A stretch of DNA of 32,000 nucleotides from Candidatus Saccharimonadota bacterium. Its GTDB lineage: Bacteria; Patescibacteriota; Gracilibacteria; UBA4473. Positions 1-9,368 of the stretch are shown piece after piece. Made by a program: the position numbers and the translations under genes. Under the pieces are notes generated by a model, which was given only the letters and a program-made list of their open reading frames with translations, had not been told where the DNA came from and did no database searches. Position 1 is the first letter of the stretch; the number at the start of each line of letters is the position of its first letter. The stretch is taken from the NCBI GenBank assembly GCA_965228485.1, contig OZ245819.1, positions 810,001-842,000 of the forward strand, given 5' to 3'.

Positions 1-212
<212 letters not shown>

Positions 213-269
213 TCAAAATATTTCTGATACCCTAAATAATCAGTGTCTGAAGTCAAATTTTATTGTTAT

Positions 270-1613
270 CTAAAACAAACTATCTATTTTCTCCGATAAA
301 ATTTTTGCTAGATCTGGAGCCAACATATCTTCGAGCCTTAACAAGAACTTCTGAGAAGCATCATTTACCGGCAATTCATCCACAGTATTTTTCAGCATAG
401 CAATCTGATCAATTTTAACAGGTTCATTCTGAATCTTCCGAAGTAAACCAATAACATAGTTATCGGCTAAGTACTGAATAATCTCTTCTTGATGAGGCTC
501 TCCTAGGCTGGCTAGATAATTGAGCAATACATAACGATCAAAAGCCTCAACTCCTGTATCTACTGGAGCAAAAGCCAAACTGTTTTTATTCTGAGATAAG
601 ACCATAAACACGGCCTCTAAAGCTTTCGTCTCCGTAAGCACATCTACACGATCCGTCTTAGCTGCTAATTGTTCATAAACTTCTCCAAGAAGGATTTGAT
701 CTAAGTTCTTCTTTGGTACAAAACTTAAATCTCTAGAAGATCCCAATACGGCGACAACGGATAAATAAGTTTTTTCTGCCGATAAGATATCTCTGTTTGC
801 TGCCACCCTTTCTCCGTGAGAAGATTTTTCTATTCCCGTAAGAACCTTGGTTCGAGTAATGGCTAGTTTCCCTAGGATTGATTCAATCTGAGCATTAGAA
901 AGACTAATTCCTTCAGGAATCTCCACCTCCCTTAAGCGAGTATCGCTCCGCAGTGTAATCACATCACCTTTTTCAGCAATCAGTTTTCCACTGTGAAGAT
1001 CTACCACCTGCACTGTTTTTTCTAAAGGATGTACCGTTGTTTCTCCCGTAGAAGAAACTACCACTTCCACTCCACTTCCTCTCTCTCCCATAATAGAAGC
1101 TCTCTCTGTTTTGATCTGAGTGACTCCAAGATTTTCTCCCTGAAGAGCGCCTCTAACAACAAATAATTCATCTCTAGCTTCTACCTTAAATTCTGTTCCT
1201 TCTTGAGCTTTAGAGATCAAGCTATCAGTCACCAAGATGGCATTTCCACGATGTCCAATCTTGACAATATCTCCAACACGAACCTCTAATTCATCTTTAA
1301 CCAAAAAACTTTCATTCCCACGAATGACTTCTACGACCCCACTATTGGACTTAATTGTCCCGGCCACCATCTGATTAGAAAGAAATGGAGCTTCGACAAT
1401 CCCTAAAAAAGACAGCCCTACAAAAGCCATCATTGAAAAAGCCGAAAAACGCATAATCCAGTGTCGCCAAGTAAGCCACTTTAAATGACCATGTTCCCGA
1501 CGATAAGCATCTACTACCTGCTCTCTAACCCGAACCTTCGTGGCAACTGTTGCCTCAGGTGCGTGGTATATATAGTACTTCTTGATTAATGATTTTAGGT
1601 CTTCAAAGCTCAT
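270..1613 (-). CDS. membrane-anchored protein with FecR-like domain (anti-sigma-like architecture), function unknown
   Basis: 447-aa ORF with a short cytoplasmic N-terminus and one TM helix (FSAFSMMAFVGLSFLGIV). A FecR-like stretch follows (GTIKSNSGVVEVIRGNESFLVKDELEVRVGDIVKIGHRGNAILV). The domain assignment is by eye only. Confidence 0.6.
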   Translation of the reverse strand: MSFEDLKSLIKKYYIYHAPEATVATKVRVREQVVDAYRREHGHLKWLTWRHWIMRFSAFSMMAFVGLSFLGIVEAPFLSNQMVAGTIKSNSGVVEVIRGNESFLVKDELEVRVGDIVKIGHRGNAILVTDSLISKAQEGTEFKVEARDELFVVRGALQGENLGVTQIKTERASIMGERGSGVEVVVSSTGETTVHPLEKTVQVVDLHSGKLIAEKGDVITLRSDTRLREVEIPEGISLSNAQIESILGKLAITRTKVLTGIEKSSHGERVAANRDILSAEKTYLSVVAVLGSSRDLSFVPKKNLDQILLGEVYEQLAAKTDRVDVLTETKALEAVFMVLSQNKNSLAFAPVDTGVEAFDRYVLLNYLASLGEPHQEEIIQYLADNYVIGLLRKIQNEPVKIDQIAMLKNTVDELPVNDASQKFLLRLEDMLAPDLAKILSEKIDSLF

Positions 1614-1648
1614 TTGCGCTGTAGAGAAACGCTAAGTGTAAATTTTTG

Positions 1649-2110
1649 TTACAACTTTTTCACTAAATCTTTTCCTTCTCCTAACCATTTAGTGAGAACA
1701 AAATCCAGAATCATCCCCCAGACAGCTCCTTCCACCATCAATAAAAACACCGGAGCTCCTGTAATTGCGACATAAGTGCCACTCATAAATTCAAAAGCTG
1801 TAGAAATATCATCATAAATTAAAAGCGCTAACACTAGATTTAAACCAGCTCCAACCAAGGCCCCTCGAAGTAGTGCTGGCATTGGCAAGCCTAAAATTGG
1901 ATGCTCTCTGTAAATACCCATGAAAGCAATAACCGCCCCAAACATAGTATACCAAAGCCAGATACCAAACCCTGTAAGCAGATTCATTTGAGGGCTCAGT
2001 GCTGGTAGGGAAAGGAACGCGATAGCTCCAATCAAAAAACCAAATATCTTCCCCCAAACAATTCTTTCTGTCAGTGATCTAACTGGCTTCTTCTTTTTAA
2101 TAAAAAACAT
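1649..2110 (-). CDS. small polytopic membrane protein, function unknown
   Basis: 153-aa ORF with about four hydrophobic helices. It is packed between neighbouring same-strand genes with gaps of 7 and 35 nt. No family recognised. Confidence 0.6.
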   Translation of the reverse strand: MFFIKKKKPVRSLTERIVWGKIFGFLIGAIAFLSLPALSPQMNLLTGFGIWLWYTMFGAVIAFMGIYREHPILGLPMPALLRGALVGAGLNLVLALLIYDDISTAFEFMSGTYVAITGAPVFLLMVEGAVWGMILDFVLTKWLGEGKDLVKKL

Positions 2111-2117
2111 CGTAAAA

Positions 2118-2738
2118 TTACTCGTTAATAGTGATGTCTAAAATGGTAACATCTTTCAATGGCTTGTCCATCAAATCAGTATCTACTTTAGCAATTTCAT
2201 CAACAATATCCATTCCCTCAACCACTTGTCCAAAAACTGTATGCATTCCATTTAGATGAGGTGTCCCTGGATTTGCGTGAACAATAAAAAACTGTGAACC
2301 ATTAGTATTTGGTCCTCTATTGGCCATAGACAGTGCTCCTCTAACATGAGTAAGCTCTGAAACAATTTCATCTTCAAATTCCTTCCCCCAAATACTCTGT
2401 CCACCAGTCCCATTTCTGTTTTCAAAATCCCCTCCCTGAACCATAAATCCATCAATCACTCGATGAAAAATCGTGTCATCATATTTGTCTTGCTCAATAA
2501 GTCCCAAAAAGTTTTCAACAGTTTTTGGAGTTTGTTCATCATATAGACGGATAACAAGGTCCCCCATGCTCGTTTTCATGGTTACTTCCGTCTGGTTTTG
2601 TTCTTTTTGAGTCATAGTTTCAGTTTGGTTATTAATAGTTTTATCGGAAGTATTGACGGCTACTTCAGGCTCATTTACTTCTTTCACGGTACAAGCGGTT
2701 AACACCACCAGTAATGACAGCCAAATTAATTTTTTCAT
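2118..2738 (-). CDS. peptidyl-prolyl cis-trans isomerase, cyclophilin type, predicted lipoprotein
   Basis: Cyclophilin motifs FHRVIDGFMVQGGDF, GTGGQSIWG, RGALSMANRGPNTNGSQFFI. The N-terminal signal peptide has a lipobox (LLVVLTAC). Confidence 0.9.
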   Translation of the reverse strand: MKKLIWLSLLVVLTACTVKEVNEPEVAVNTSDKTINNQTETMTQKEQNQTEVTMKTSMGDLVIRLYDEQTPKTVENFLGLIEQDKYDDTIFHRVIDGFMVQGGDFENRNGTGGQSIWGKEFEDEIVSELTHVRGALSMANRGPNTNGSQFFIVHANPGTPHLNGMHTVFGQVVEGMDIVDEIAKVDTDLMDKPLKDVTILDITINE

Positions 2739-2779
2739 CGGCGTCTATTTTTAAGAAAATCGAGGTTTAAGCAAGAAAT

Positions 2780-3214
2780 TTATTTCACAAGTTTGCTGGC
2801 AACAAACCCAGCTTGCTCCGCTTCCAATTTTGTATGAAAAAATCGACGATATCGAACTTCCGTTCCTCGCGCTGGATATGACCCACTGGGATAATATTTT
2901 GAGGTCTTAGCATTTCCGGTATAGGCAAACGAAGCGAGCTTTAAATCATCAGGAGTAGCAAACTGCCCAAGAGGCAAAACATGATCTCCATCCCCCTCAA
3001 CAAAATGCTCCCCCCAAATAATCCTAGCGGGTCCTGAAATAGAAAAATACAGCTGATCACCTTGTATTGATAAGAACTTTACTAACGATATTTCTTGGTA
3101 ATCATTAACTTCTAATAAATTTTCTTGGGAAGTATTTATAGAAATTCTTCCAACATAAAATGCCATAAGCACTACGACTAAAGTCCAAATCCCTTCAGAA
3201 ATTTTTTCAGACAT
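2780..3214 (-). CDS. membrane-anchored hypothetical protein
   Basis: 144-aa ORF with an N-terminal TM helix (IWTLVVVLMAFYVG). The C-terminal FHTKLEAEQAGFVASK resembles the short Ada-like/sunset-type C-terminal motif but lacks the cysteines. Product unknown. Confidence 0.55.
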   Translation of the reverse strand: MSEKISEGIWTLVVVLMAFYVGRISINTSQENLLEVNDYQEISLVKFLSIQGDQLYFSISGPARIIWGEHFVEGDGDHVLPLGQFATPDDLKLASFAYTGNAKTSKYYPSGSYPARGTEVRYRRFFHTKLEAEQAGFVASKLVK

Positions 3215-3345
3215 CTTTTTTAAAATGGACGAACATAATTCTCAACTCAAGAGTGACTTTTCATCCAATTTTCATTTCATTGCACCCTTAGTTGACTTTT
3301 TTACGTAATCACGCACAATCCACGGCGTTATTTTGGAAACAAAAA

Positions 3346-5109
3346 ATGCTAAGAACACATCATTGCGGACAACTCAGAAAAGACCATATTGGCGAAACGA
3401 TTACCCTTACTGGATGGGTAAATAACCGACGAGATCATGGAGGAATTATTTTTGTAGACCTTCGAGACACTCACGGAGTCACTCAAATTGTGCTTGATCC
3501 AAGCATCAATGAAAAAGCTCATACTGAAGCCGAAAATGTTCGTTCCGAATGGGTTTTACAGGCCACTGGGAAAGTACGATCAAGAGGAGACGGGCTCGAA
3601 AATCCAAAACTAGATACCGGAGATATTGAGGTAGCAATCCAAGAATTAAAAGTTCTCAATGCGGCTCAAACTCCACCATTTGAACTCGACCTAGAAAAGG
3701 AAGTTCGAGAAGACCTCCGGCTTGAATACCGGTATCTAGACCTTCGACGAACAAAAATGCAAAAGAACCTTCGTCTACGTCACGATATGGTGAAAGTTAT
3801 TCGTGACTATTTTGACCGTAAAGGATTCTTAGATATTGAAACTCCAATTATGGTAAAAGGAACCCCAGAAGGGTCACGAGAATACTTGGTTCCTTCAAGA
3901 CTTCATCGTGGTGAGTTCTATGTACTTCCACAATCACCTCAGCAACTGAAACAGTTGCTAATGTGTGGAGGAGTGGATAAGTATTTTCAGATTGCACGAT
4001 GTTTTCGAGATGAAGACCTGAGAGGAGATCGACAACCGGAATTCACGCAATTCGAAATCGAAATGTCTTTCTGCACTCAAGAAGATGTCATCAACGTGAT
4101 TGAAGATTGTTTTCACGATCTAAATGAAAAGTGTGCTACACACAAAAACTGGAAAAAATACCTGGTTGATGGGAAATTCCTCCGAATGACCTGGCAAGAA
4201 GCTATGGAAAAATACGGATCGGATAAACCTGACATGCGATTTGGTCTAGAGTTCACCGATATGACAAAAGAAAAATCAGATTGTGGATTTGGCGTATTCG
4301 AGGGGGCAGAGCGACTTTTTGCCATGAATGTTCCAAACGGGGGTGAACTCAGCCGAAAAGATATTGACGATCTTACAAACCTAGCTCGAAAACATGGAGC
4401 GGGAGGACTCGCCTGGGTAAGAGTCGGAGAGGATGCAGGACCAGTGATGAAAAACTCTAAACCAGAGTTTATTGAAATGCTCGTCAATAAAACAAACGCT
4501 CAAGATGGAGATCTTATTTTCTTTGGAGCTGGGCCATTCTTACAAGCCGTTGAACCACTTGGGCAGGTTCGTCTTGAATTAGGAGATAAAATGAACCTAA
4601 AAGATCCAAATGATTTTGCTTATCTTTGGGTTGTAGACTTCCCAATGTTCGAGAAAAAAGAGGACGGCTCTATGCAGGCCGCTCACCATCCGTTTACACG
4701 ACCAAATAATGAAGATCTTGAAAAATTGGACAGCAATCCAATGGAAGTGCGTTCTTATGCTTATGATGTTGTGCTTAATGGAGTAGAGCTTGGAGGAGGT
4801 TCAATCCGAATCCATGAACCAGAACTTCAAGAAAAAATGTTCGATGTTCTTGGGCTTACTAAAGAAGAAACCGAAATGAAGTTTGGGCATATTTTAAAGG
4901 CCTTTAAATATGGATGTCCGCCACATGGAGGGTGTGCTATGGGACTTGATCGAGTCGTTATGCTTTTTGCTGACGAACCAAATATTCGAGAAGTAATGGC
5001 TTTTCCAAAAAATCAATCAGCTCAAGATTTAATGCTCGGAGCGCCTTCTCCAATGCCAGAAAAAGAACTCAATGAGCAAAACATTCAAGTTTTACCTGAG
5101 GAAGATTAA
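3346..5109 (+). CDS. aspS: aspartate--tRNA ligase (bacterial type, with insertion domain)
   Basis: Class II AspRS motifs: GWV..RRDHGGIIFVDLRD, QSPQQLKQLLM, FRDEDLRGDRQPEFTQ, GGGSIRIH, GGCAMGLDR. The track ORF starts at TTG 3292. ATG 3346 (MLRTHHCGQL...) matches the usual N-terminus. Confidence 0.95.
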   Translation: MLRTHHCGQLRKDHIGETITLTGWVNNRRDHGGIIFVDLRDTHGVTQIVLDPSINEKAHTEAENVRSEWVLQATGKVRSRGDGLENPKLDTGDIEVAIQELKVLNAAQTPPFELDLEKEVREDLRLEYRYLDLRRTKMQKNLRLRHDMVKVIRDYFDRKGFLDIETPIMVKGTPEGSREYLVPSRLHRGEFYVLPQSPQQLKQLLMCGGVDKYFQIARCFRDEDLRGDRQPEFTQFEIEMSFCTQEDVINVIEDCFHDLNEKCATHKNWKKYLVDGKFLRMTWQEAMEKYGSDKPDMRFGLEFTDMTKEKSDCGFGVFEGAERLFAMNVPNGGELSRKDIDDLTNLARKHGAGGLAWVRVGEDAGPVMKNSKPEFIEMLVNKTNAQDGDLIFFGAGPFLQAVEPLGQVRLELGDKMNLKDPNDFAYLWVVDFPMFEKKEDGSMQAAHHPFTRPNNEDLEKLDSNPMEVRSYAYDVVLNGVELGGGSIRIHEPELQEKMFDVLGLTKEETEMKFGHILKAFKYGCPPHGGCAMGLDRVVMLFADEPNIREVMAFPKNQSAQDLMLGAPSPMPEKELNEQNIQVLPEED

Positions 5110-5157
5110 ACTCCCTTTCTAGACAAGATTAATATTTGTTGGTTATAATCCTCATTG

Positions 5158-5622
5158 ATGCTCGAACAATATCTAGCCTCTCCAAGAGAAAAGATTATCT
5201 ACCGTTTTGGAATTAGTCTTCGTTATGTGTTAACCGTAATATCTCTTTCGGCCATTTCTTTGGGAAGTTTTTCTTACTTCTTTCGAGAAAGTGATGTAGA
5301 TGTTTTCTTTCAAAGAGTCCCTCTTGTTTTACTAACAGTGATTGTTGTTGTATCTGTCGCGCGATTCTTAAGTACTCATTATTTTGTTACTGATCAAAAA
5401 ATCTACAAAAAAGTTGGGATTGGCTGGGCCAAGGTCACGAGTGCTAAACATACTGAAATTGATGATATGAAAGCACAGCAAGGATTTTTTGAGCGATTTG
5501 TATTTAATACCGGAACTCTTAAATTTAATACTCCAGGAAGCGCTGGATATGAAATCGTTCTGCCAAAAGTTGCTGCTCCATATGATATCAAAAGAAAAAT
5601 CTATGAAGCCTGGGAGAAATAA
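5158..5622 (+). CDS. bacterial PH-domain (YdbS/DUF304-like) membrane protein
   Basis: Two N-terminal TM helices, then YFVTDQKIYKKVGIGWAKVTSAKHTEIDDMKAQQGFFERFVFNTGTLKF, typical of bPH_2 proteins. TAGACA-18-TATAAT (5120-5149) ends 8 nt before ATG 5158. Confidence 0.7.
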   Translation: MLEQYLASPREKIIYRFGISLRYVLTVISLSAISLGSFSYFFRESDVDVFFQRVPLVLLTVIVVVSVARFLSTHYFVTDQKIYKKVGIGWAKVTSAKHTEIDDMKAQQGFFERFVFNTGTLKFNTPGSAGYEIVLPKVAAPYDIKRKIYEAWEK

Positions 5623-5636
5623 GTAGATTAAAATTA

Positions 5637-6308
5637 ATGAAGGTTATTGTTCCGCTTAATTTTTCAAGCACTTCTGAGCTCAAGACAGCATTACTAGAAC
5701 TCAACGAACAAGTAGATATGATTGAGATCTGGCTTGATCAGATTTTTCAAGAATTTCTACAAAATCCGATACTTGCTTTAGAAGTTCGAAAATGGATTTT
5801 AGAGGCTAAACAAAAGTTTGGGCTGGAAGTTTTAGCCGTCTGTAAGCAGACCTCAGAAAAGGGAAAATTTCCAGGAAACTCCCATCAAAGAGTGCAAATT
5901 CTCAATCAATTTTTACAGCTAGGAGGAGACTTTGTGGACGTAGATATAAACCAAAATTCTTCCCAAGACATATCCCACATTTCCAATGGCAAATGCTGGC
6001 TCAGTTTTCATGATTTTGAGGGAGCAAACATAGATACAATCAGAAATAAATATGAAGAAATGAAATCATTTTCTCCATTCCTATATAAGTTTGCAGTAAC
6101 TCCTAAAAACGAGAATGAGATAAAGTCTTTCGTCGCTTTTGCAAAAGACTTTCCCGAGCCTAGAACTATTTTTACCACCATGGGGTCATTGGGGTCACAA
6201 GGAAGATCTGAGCTCGTTAAACATACTTGGGGAGGATTCTTTGCTCTAAACGAGGAACTCAAAACGGCTTCAGGTCAGCCGACTCTTAATGATTTGAAGT
6301 CCTCATAA
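5637..6308 (+). CDS. aroD: 3-dehydroquinate dehydratase, type I
   Basis: Manual alignment to E. coli AroD. DMIEIWLDQ aligns with DILEWRVDH. SFHDF carries the catalytic His. YKFAVTP carries the Schiff-base Lys (E. coli PKIALMP). C-terminal TTMG..G..SR...ASGQPTLNDL also matches. Confidence 0.75.
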   Translation: MKVIVPLNFSSTSELKTALLELNEQVDMIEIWLDQIFQEFLQNPILALEVRKWILEAKQKFGLEVLAVCKQTSEKGKFPGNSHQRVQILNQFLQLGGDFVDVDINQNSSQDISHISNGKCWLSFHDFEGANIDTIRNKYEEMKSFSPFLYKFAVTPKNENEIKSFVAFAKDFPEPRTIFTTMGSLGSQGRSELVKHTWGGFFALNEELKTASGQPTLNDLKSS

Positions 6309-6331
6309 TTATTGATAATATTTAAAACATC

Positions 6332-7303
6332 ATGGGAAAAATAAAAAACGGCTTTCGTTGTATAAATCATTTTATTAAAAACAATTTTTTTACTGGTCTG
6401 GTGATCATTGCCTTGGCTTGGTATTTTTGGCCAGAAGGAAATACTCCAATTGCTTACAAAAGCTTTAACCAGGTTAGTAGATCAATGGGAATTCAAGAAG
6501 AATCTTTTACTGAAGTTGCTTCTTTGGACATGGATGATGGAATCTCTATGCGAAAAATGGCCAGCTCATATATACAACCCCCTGTAGCAAACGCTCAGTT
6601 TGAACCTGAAACCGAAGATCGAAAAATTGTGAAAAATGCAAGCCTTCAATTAGAAGTTGGAAACACCGAGGAGGCTAAAACGCTTTCCGAAGCGGAAGTA
6701 ACGGCTCTTAATGGATATATTACGAATCAAAATTCATGGGAGGTAAGGACTGGAACTCTCGCCTACAATATGACGATTCGAATCCCTTCAGAAAATCTAG
6801 AAAATCTCATAGAAAATCTAACCAACCTTGGGATTAAACGAGGGGAAAACTACTCAATCCGTGACATCACGGCACAATACATGGATACTGCGAACCAAAT
6901 CATCAACCTAGAAACTCGCCGTGAAAGACTTCGAAAACTCATGGAGTTCGAAACCGAAAGCTTAAGCGATGTTCTTCAGGTAGATCGGGAGCTAACAAAT
7001 GTACAAAATCAAATTGATAACCTCAAACGAACTCAGAAAGGTCGAGATATTGACGTAGCTTACTCAACTCTACAACTAAGTCTGAATCCTGAACCAGAGA
7101 TTGGAGACTTTAATAGTCCTGACTGGAATCTAGACCGATCATGGAGACAAAGTGTAAATGATTTTATTCATGATGCTCGAAGCATTGTCGATAAACTAAT
7201 TAAAGTTATTGTTTATACGCCTATCTGGCTTCCTGCAGTATTAATCTTTATGGGAATAAAAAAATGGAGAGCTAAACGAAAAACTCAAAAAAGCAAAAAA
7301 TAG
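6332..7303 (+). CDS. DUF4349-like membrane protein (N- and C-terminal TM helices, central coiled coil)
   Basis: 323-aa ORF with an N-terminal TM helix and the pattern IVKNASLQLEVGNTEEA...GYITNQN. A coiled coil follows (ANQIINLETRRERLRKLME...LTNVQNQIDNLKR), then a C-terminal TM helix plus a basic tail. Assignment is from memory of the family architecture. Confidence 0.6.
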   Translation: MGKIKNGFRCINHFIKNNFFTGLVIIALAWYFWPEGNTPIAYKSFNQVSRSMGIQEESFTEVASLDMDDGISMRKMASSYIQPPVANAQFEPETEDRKIVKNASLQLEVGNTEEAKTLSEAEVTALNGYITNQNSWEVRTGTLAYNMTIRIPSENLENLIENLTNLGIKRGENYSIRDITAQYMDTANQIINLETRRERLRKLMEFETESLSDVLQVDRELTNVQNQIDNLKRTQKGRDIDVAYSTLQLSLNPEPEIGDFNSPDWNLDRSWRQSVNDFIHDARSIVDKLIKVIVYTPIWLPAVLIFMGIKKWRAKRKTQKSKK

Positions 7304-7327
7304 TTTCTGATAATTACTCATAAGACT

Positions 7328-7369
7328 TTGTCTATTTTGCTGACATCGCCATAATCATGGCGATGTCAG
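7328..7369 (+). promoter_or_regulatory. putative trpC promoter overlapped by a perfect 13-bp inverted repeat covering both candidate start codons
   Basis: TTGTCT (7328-7333), 16-nt spacer, CATAAT (7350-7355). Inverted repeat: CTGACATCGCCAT (7340-7352), AATC loop, ATGGCGATGTCAG (7357-7369), followed by TTTT. The 3' arm contains ATG 7357 and ATG 7363. Confidence 0.5.
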
Positions 7370-8142
7370 TTTTAGAAAAAATTATTATCCAGAAACAAAA
7401 GGAAGTATCTGGCTTAGCCCAAAGCCTTAAGAATGCAAAGCCAATACAATCCAAAAGGTCTTTTATTGGGGCTATTAAAAAAAGTAAAAATCAGACACTC
7501 CCAAATTTTATTATGGAAATAAAAAAAGCTTCTCCATCAAAAGGAGCGATTGCACCAGAGGCCGATGTGGCCGAAATTGCAGAAACTTATGAAAATAATG
7601 GAGCGAGTGCTATTTCGGTATTAACCGACTTTGAGTTTTTTGATGGCTCTCTTGCTGACTTGAACAATGTCGTTCGGAACACCCAGGTTCCGATCCTAAG
7701 AAAAGATTTTATTATTGACCCATTGCAGATATTAGAAGCTCGACTCAGTGAAGCAAACGCCGTCTTACTCATGACCTCTATTTTAAAAACCAAAGAAAAA
7801 CTAACCACATTTCGAGAATACGCCGAAAGCCTTGGTATGGATGCTCTGGTAGAAACTCAAGATGAAGCAGAAATTCAAACGGCACTAGAAAGCGGAGCAA
7901 AAATTATTGGGGTTAATGCTCGTCATTTTTCAGATCTCTCAGTCGACATAAATCGGGTTCCACCATTACTCAAAAAAATTCCTAATGACATTGTAAAAGT
8001 CGCTGAATCGGGAATTAATAGTGCTTCAGATATACAAAAAGTAGCACCGTTTTGTGATGTTGTTCTAGTCGGGAGCTCTCTTATGAGCGAATCTGCTGAA
8101 TCAATTCCAGATAAAATAAAAGAACTGAGGAATGAAAATTAA
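7357..8142 (+). CDS. trpC: indole-3-glycerol phosphate synthase
   Basis: Motifs IMEIKKASPSKG, ISVLTD..FF.GS, PILRKDFIIDP.QI.EAR, ES(G)I. The start may instead be ATG 7363 (MSVLEKII...) if the mRNA is leaderless from the CATAAT box. Confidence 0.92.
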   Translation: MAMSVLEKIIIQKQKEVSGLAQSLKNAKPIQSKRSFIGAIKKSKNQTLPNFIMEIKKASPSKGAIAPEADVAEIAETYENNGASAISVLTDFEFFDGSLADLNNVVRNTQVPILRKDFIIDPLQILEARLSEANAVLLMTSILKTKEKLTTFREYAESLGMDALVETQDEAEIQTALESGAKIIGVNARHFSDLSVDINRVPPLLKKIPNDIVKVAESGINSASDIQKVAPFCDVVLVGSSLMSESAESIPDKIKELRNEN

Positions 8143-8746
8143 AATCTGTGGAATCAGAAACCAGGAAATGCTAGATGCCTGTGAAAATCTTCAGGTTGAC
8201 TTTATTGGTCTCAACTTTGTATCTACTTCTGAGCGAAGAATTTTAAATGACTTTATTCCTCAAACAAAACTTAAAAAAGTTGGGATCTTTCAAGATCAGG
8301 CTTTGCAAGAAATTAGTAAGTATTCACAGCAGTGGTCTCTAGATATTATTCAACTTCATGGGACAGAAACTCCAGAATTTCTTAAGCGATTAAAACTACT
8401 CAGTAATACCCCCATCTGGAAAGCATTCTCTATTGATAAGAATTTTGAAATCAACAAGTTGCAAGAGTATAGCAAAAACTGTGATTTGTTTTTATTTGAC
8501 GGGAAAACCCCAGGAAGTGGAACAAAAATATTAGACAACAAGGTTCTTTCTGACGCTATTTCTGAATCAAAAAAACTAGGCATCTTGGTTGGAATTGCCG
8601 GAGGAATTAATGATGCAAATATACACAAATTCAAAAAACAATTTCCCGAAGTCTATGTTTTAGACACCGCATCAGGCGTTGAAGAAAAGAATAATTTCAG
8701 CCACAAAAAACTTGAAAAACTTATCAAACAGTTTAGAAATGAATGA
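8132..8746 (+). CDS. trpF: phosphoribosylanthranilate isomerase
   Basis: MKIKICGI..., DFIGLNFV..S.R, IQLHG, LFDG...GSG, LDTASGVE. Overlaps the trpC stop by 11 nt. TGA stop. Confidence 0.9.
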   Translation: MKIKICGIRNQEMLDACENLQVDFIGLNFVSTSERRILNDFIPQTKLKKVGIFQDQALQEISKYSQQWSLDIIQLHGTETPEFLKRLKLLSNTPIWKAFSIDKNFEINKLQEYSKNCDLFLFDGKTPGSGTKILDNKVLSDAISESKKLGILVGIAGGINDANIHKFKKQFPEVYVLDTASGVEEKNNFSHKKLEKLIKQFRNE

Positions 8747-9368
8747 GAAAAAATATGTGTTTTGGGATTTTGATGGAGTTATTACTGACTCAACTACATT
8801 TGTTTTTAAATTTTGGAAACAAAGACTGGAAACAGCTGGATATGATTTCAAATTAGAAGATTATCAGGCCACCTTTGAAGCCAAGTTTCCATTCGACTAC
8901 CTCCGAGAAAAATATGGCAATCTAGGAGAAGATATTAAAGAAGAATACTCCACATATGAAAGTGAGAATTACGCCCTAAATGTTCCTCTTTTTAAAGATA
9001 TGAAACCGACTCTTATCACTATTGCTAATAATCGTGATTTTTTTGCGGTCTCTTCAAACCTGGCCAAAGTTTTAAAAGAAACCTTCGATAAACACCAATT
9101 AAAAGCTTACTTTTCTGACATTATTGGACGAGAATCAGACGGCTATAAAGATGAAAAAATTGATAAAATCATAAAACACTACAACATCGCAAAAAATGAT
9201 TGTGTTTTTATAGGAGACACTATTAGTGATATGAAACATGCCCAATCGGCTCAAATAGATCGAATTGCCGTCTCTTGGGGAGTGCACTCAAGAGAAAAAC
9301 TCGAAACAAGCCCTGCACAGATTATCTGTGATACCCCGGAAGAATTACGTAAACTATTCGTATCATGA
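8739..9368 (+). CDS. HAD-superfamily hydrolase (phosphoglycolate-phosphatase-like subfamily IA)
   Basis: DxDG nucleophile motif FWDFDGVITDS. C-terminal GDTISDMKHAQSA...AVSWG. Start taken at ATG 8739 (MNEKKYVFWDFDG), which overlaps the trpF stop by 8 nt. The track start 8679 lies inside trpF. Confidence 0.8.
   Translation: MNEKKYVFWDFDGVITDSTTFVFKFWKQRLETAGYDFKLEDYQATFEAKFPFDYLREKYGNLGEDIKEEYSTYESENYALNVPLFKDMKPTLITIANNRDFFAVSSNLAKVLKETFDKHQLKAYFSDIIGRESDGYKDEKIDKIIKHYNIAKNDCVFIGDTISDMKHAQSAQIDRIAVSWGVHSREKLETSPAQIICDTPEELRKLFVS

Noticed and set aside
8744-9368. Possibility of an alternative genetic code (UGA recoded), as in some uncultivated small-genome lineages.
   Set aside because: Well-conserved genes end at TGA exactly where homologs end (trpF 8744-8746, HAD gene 9366-9368). 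All conserved genes are intact ORFs under the standard code.
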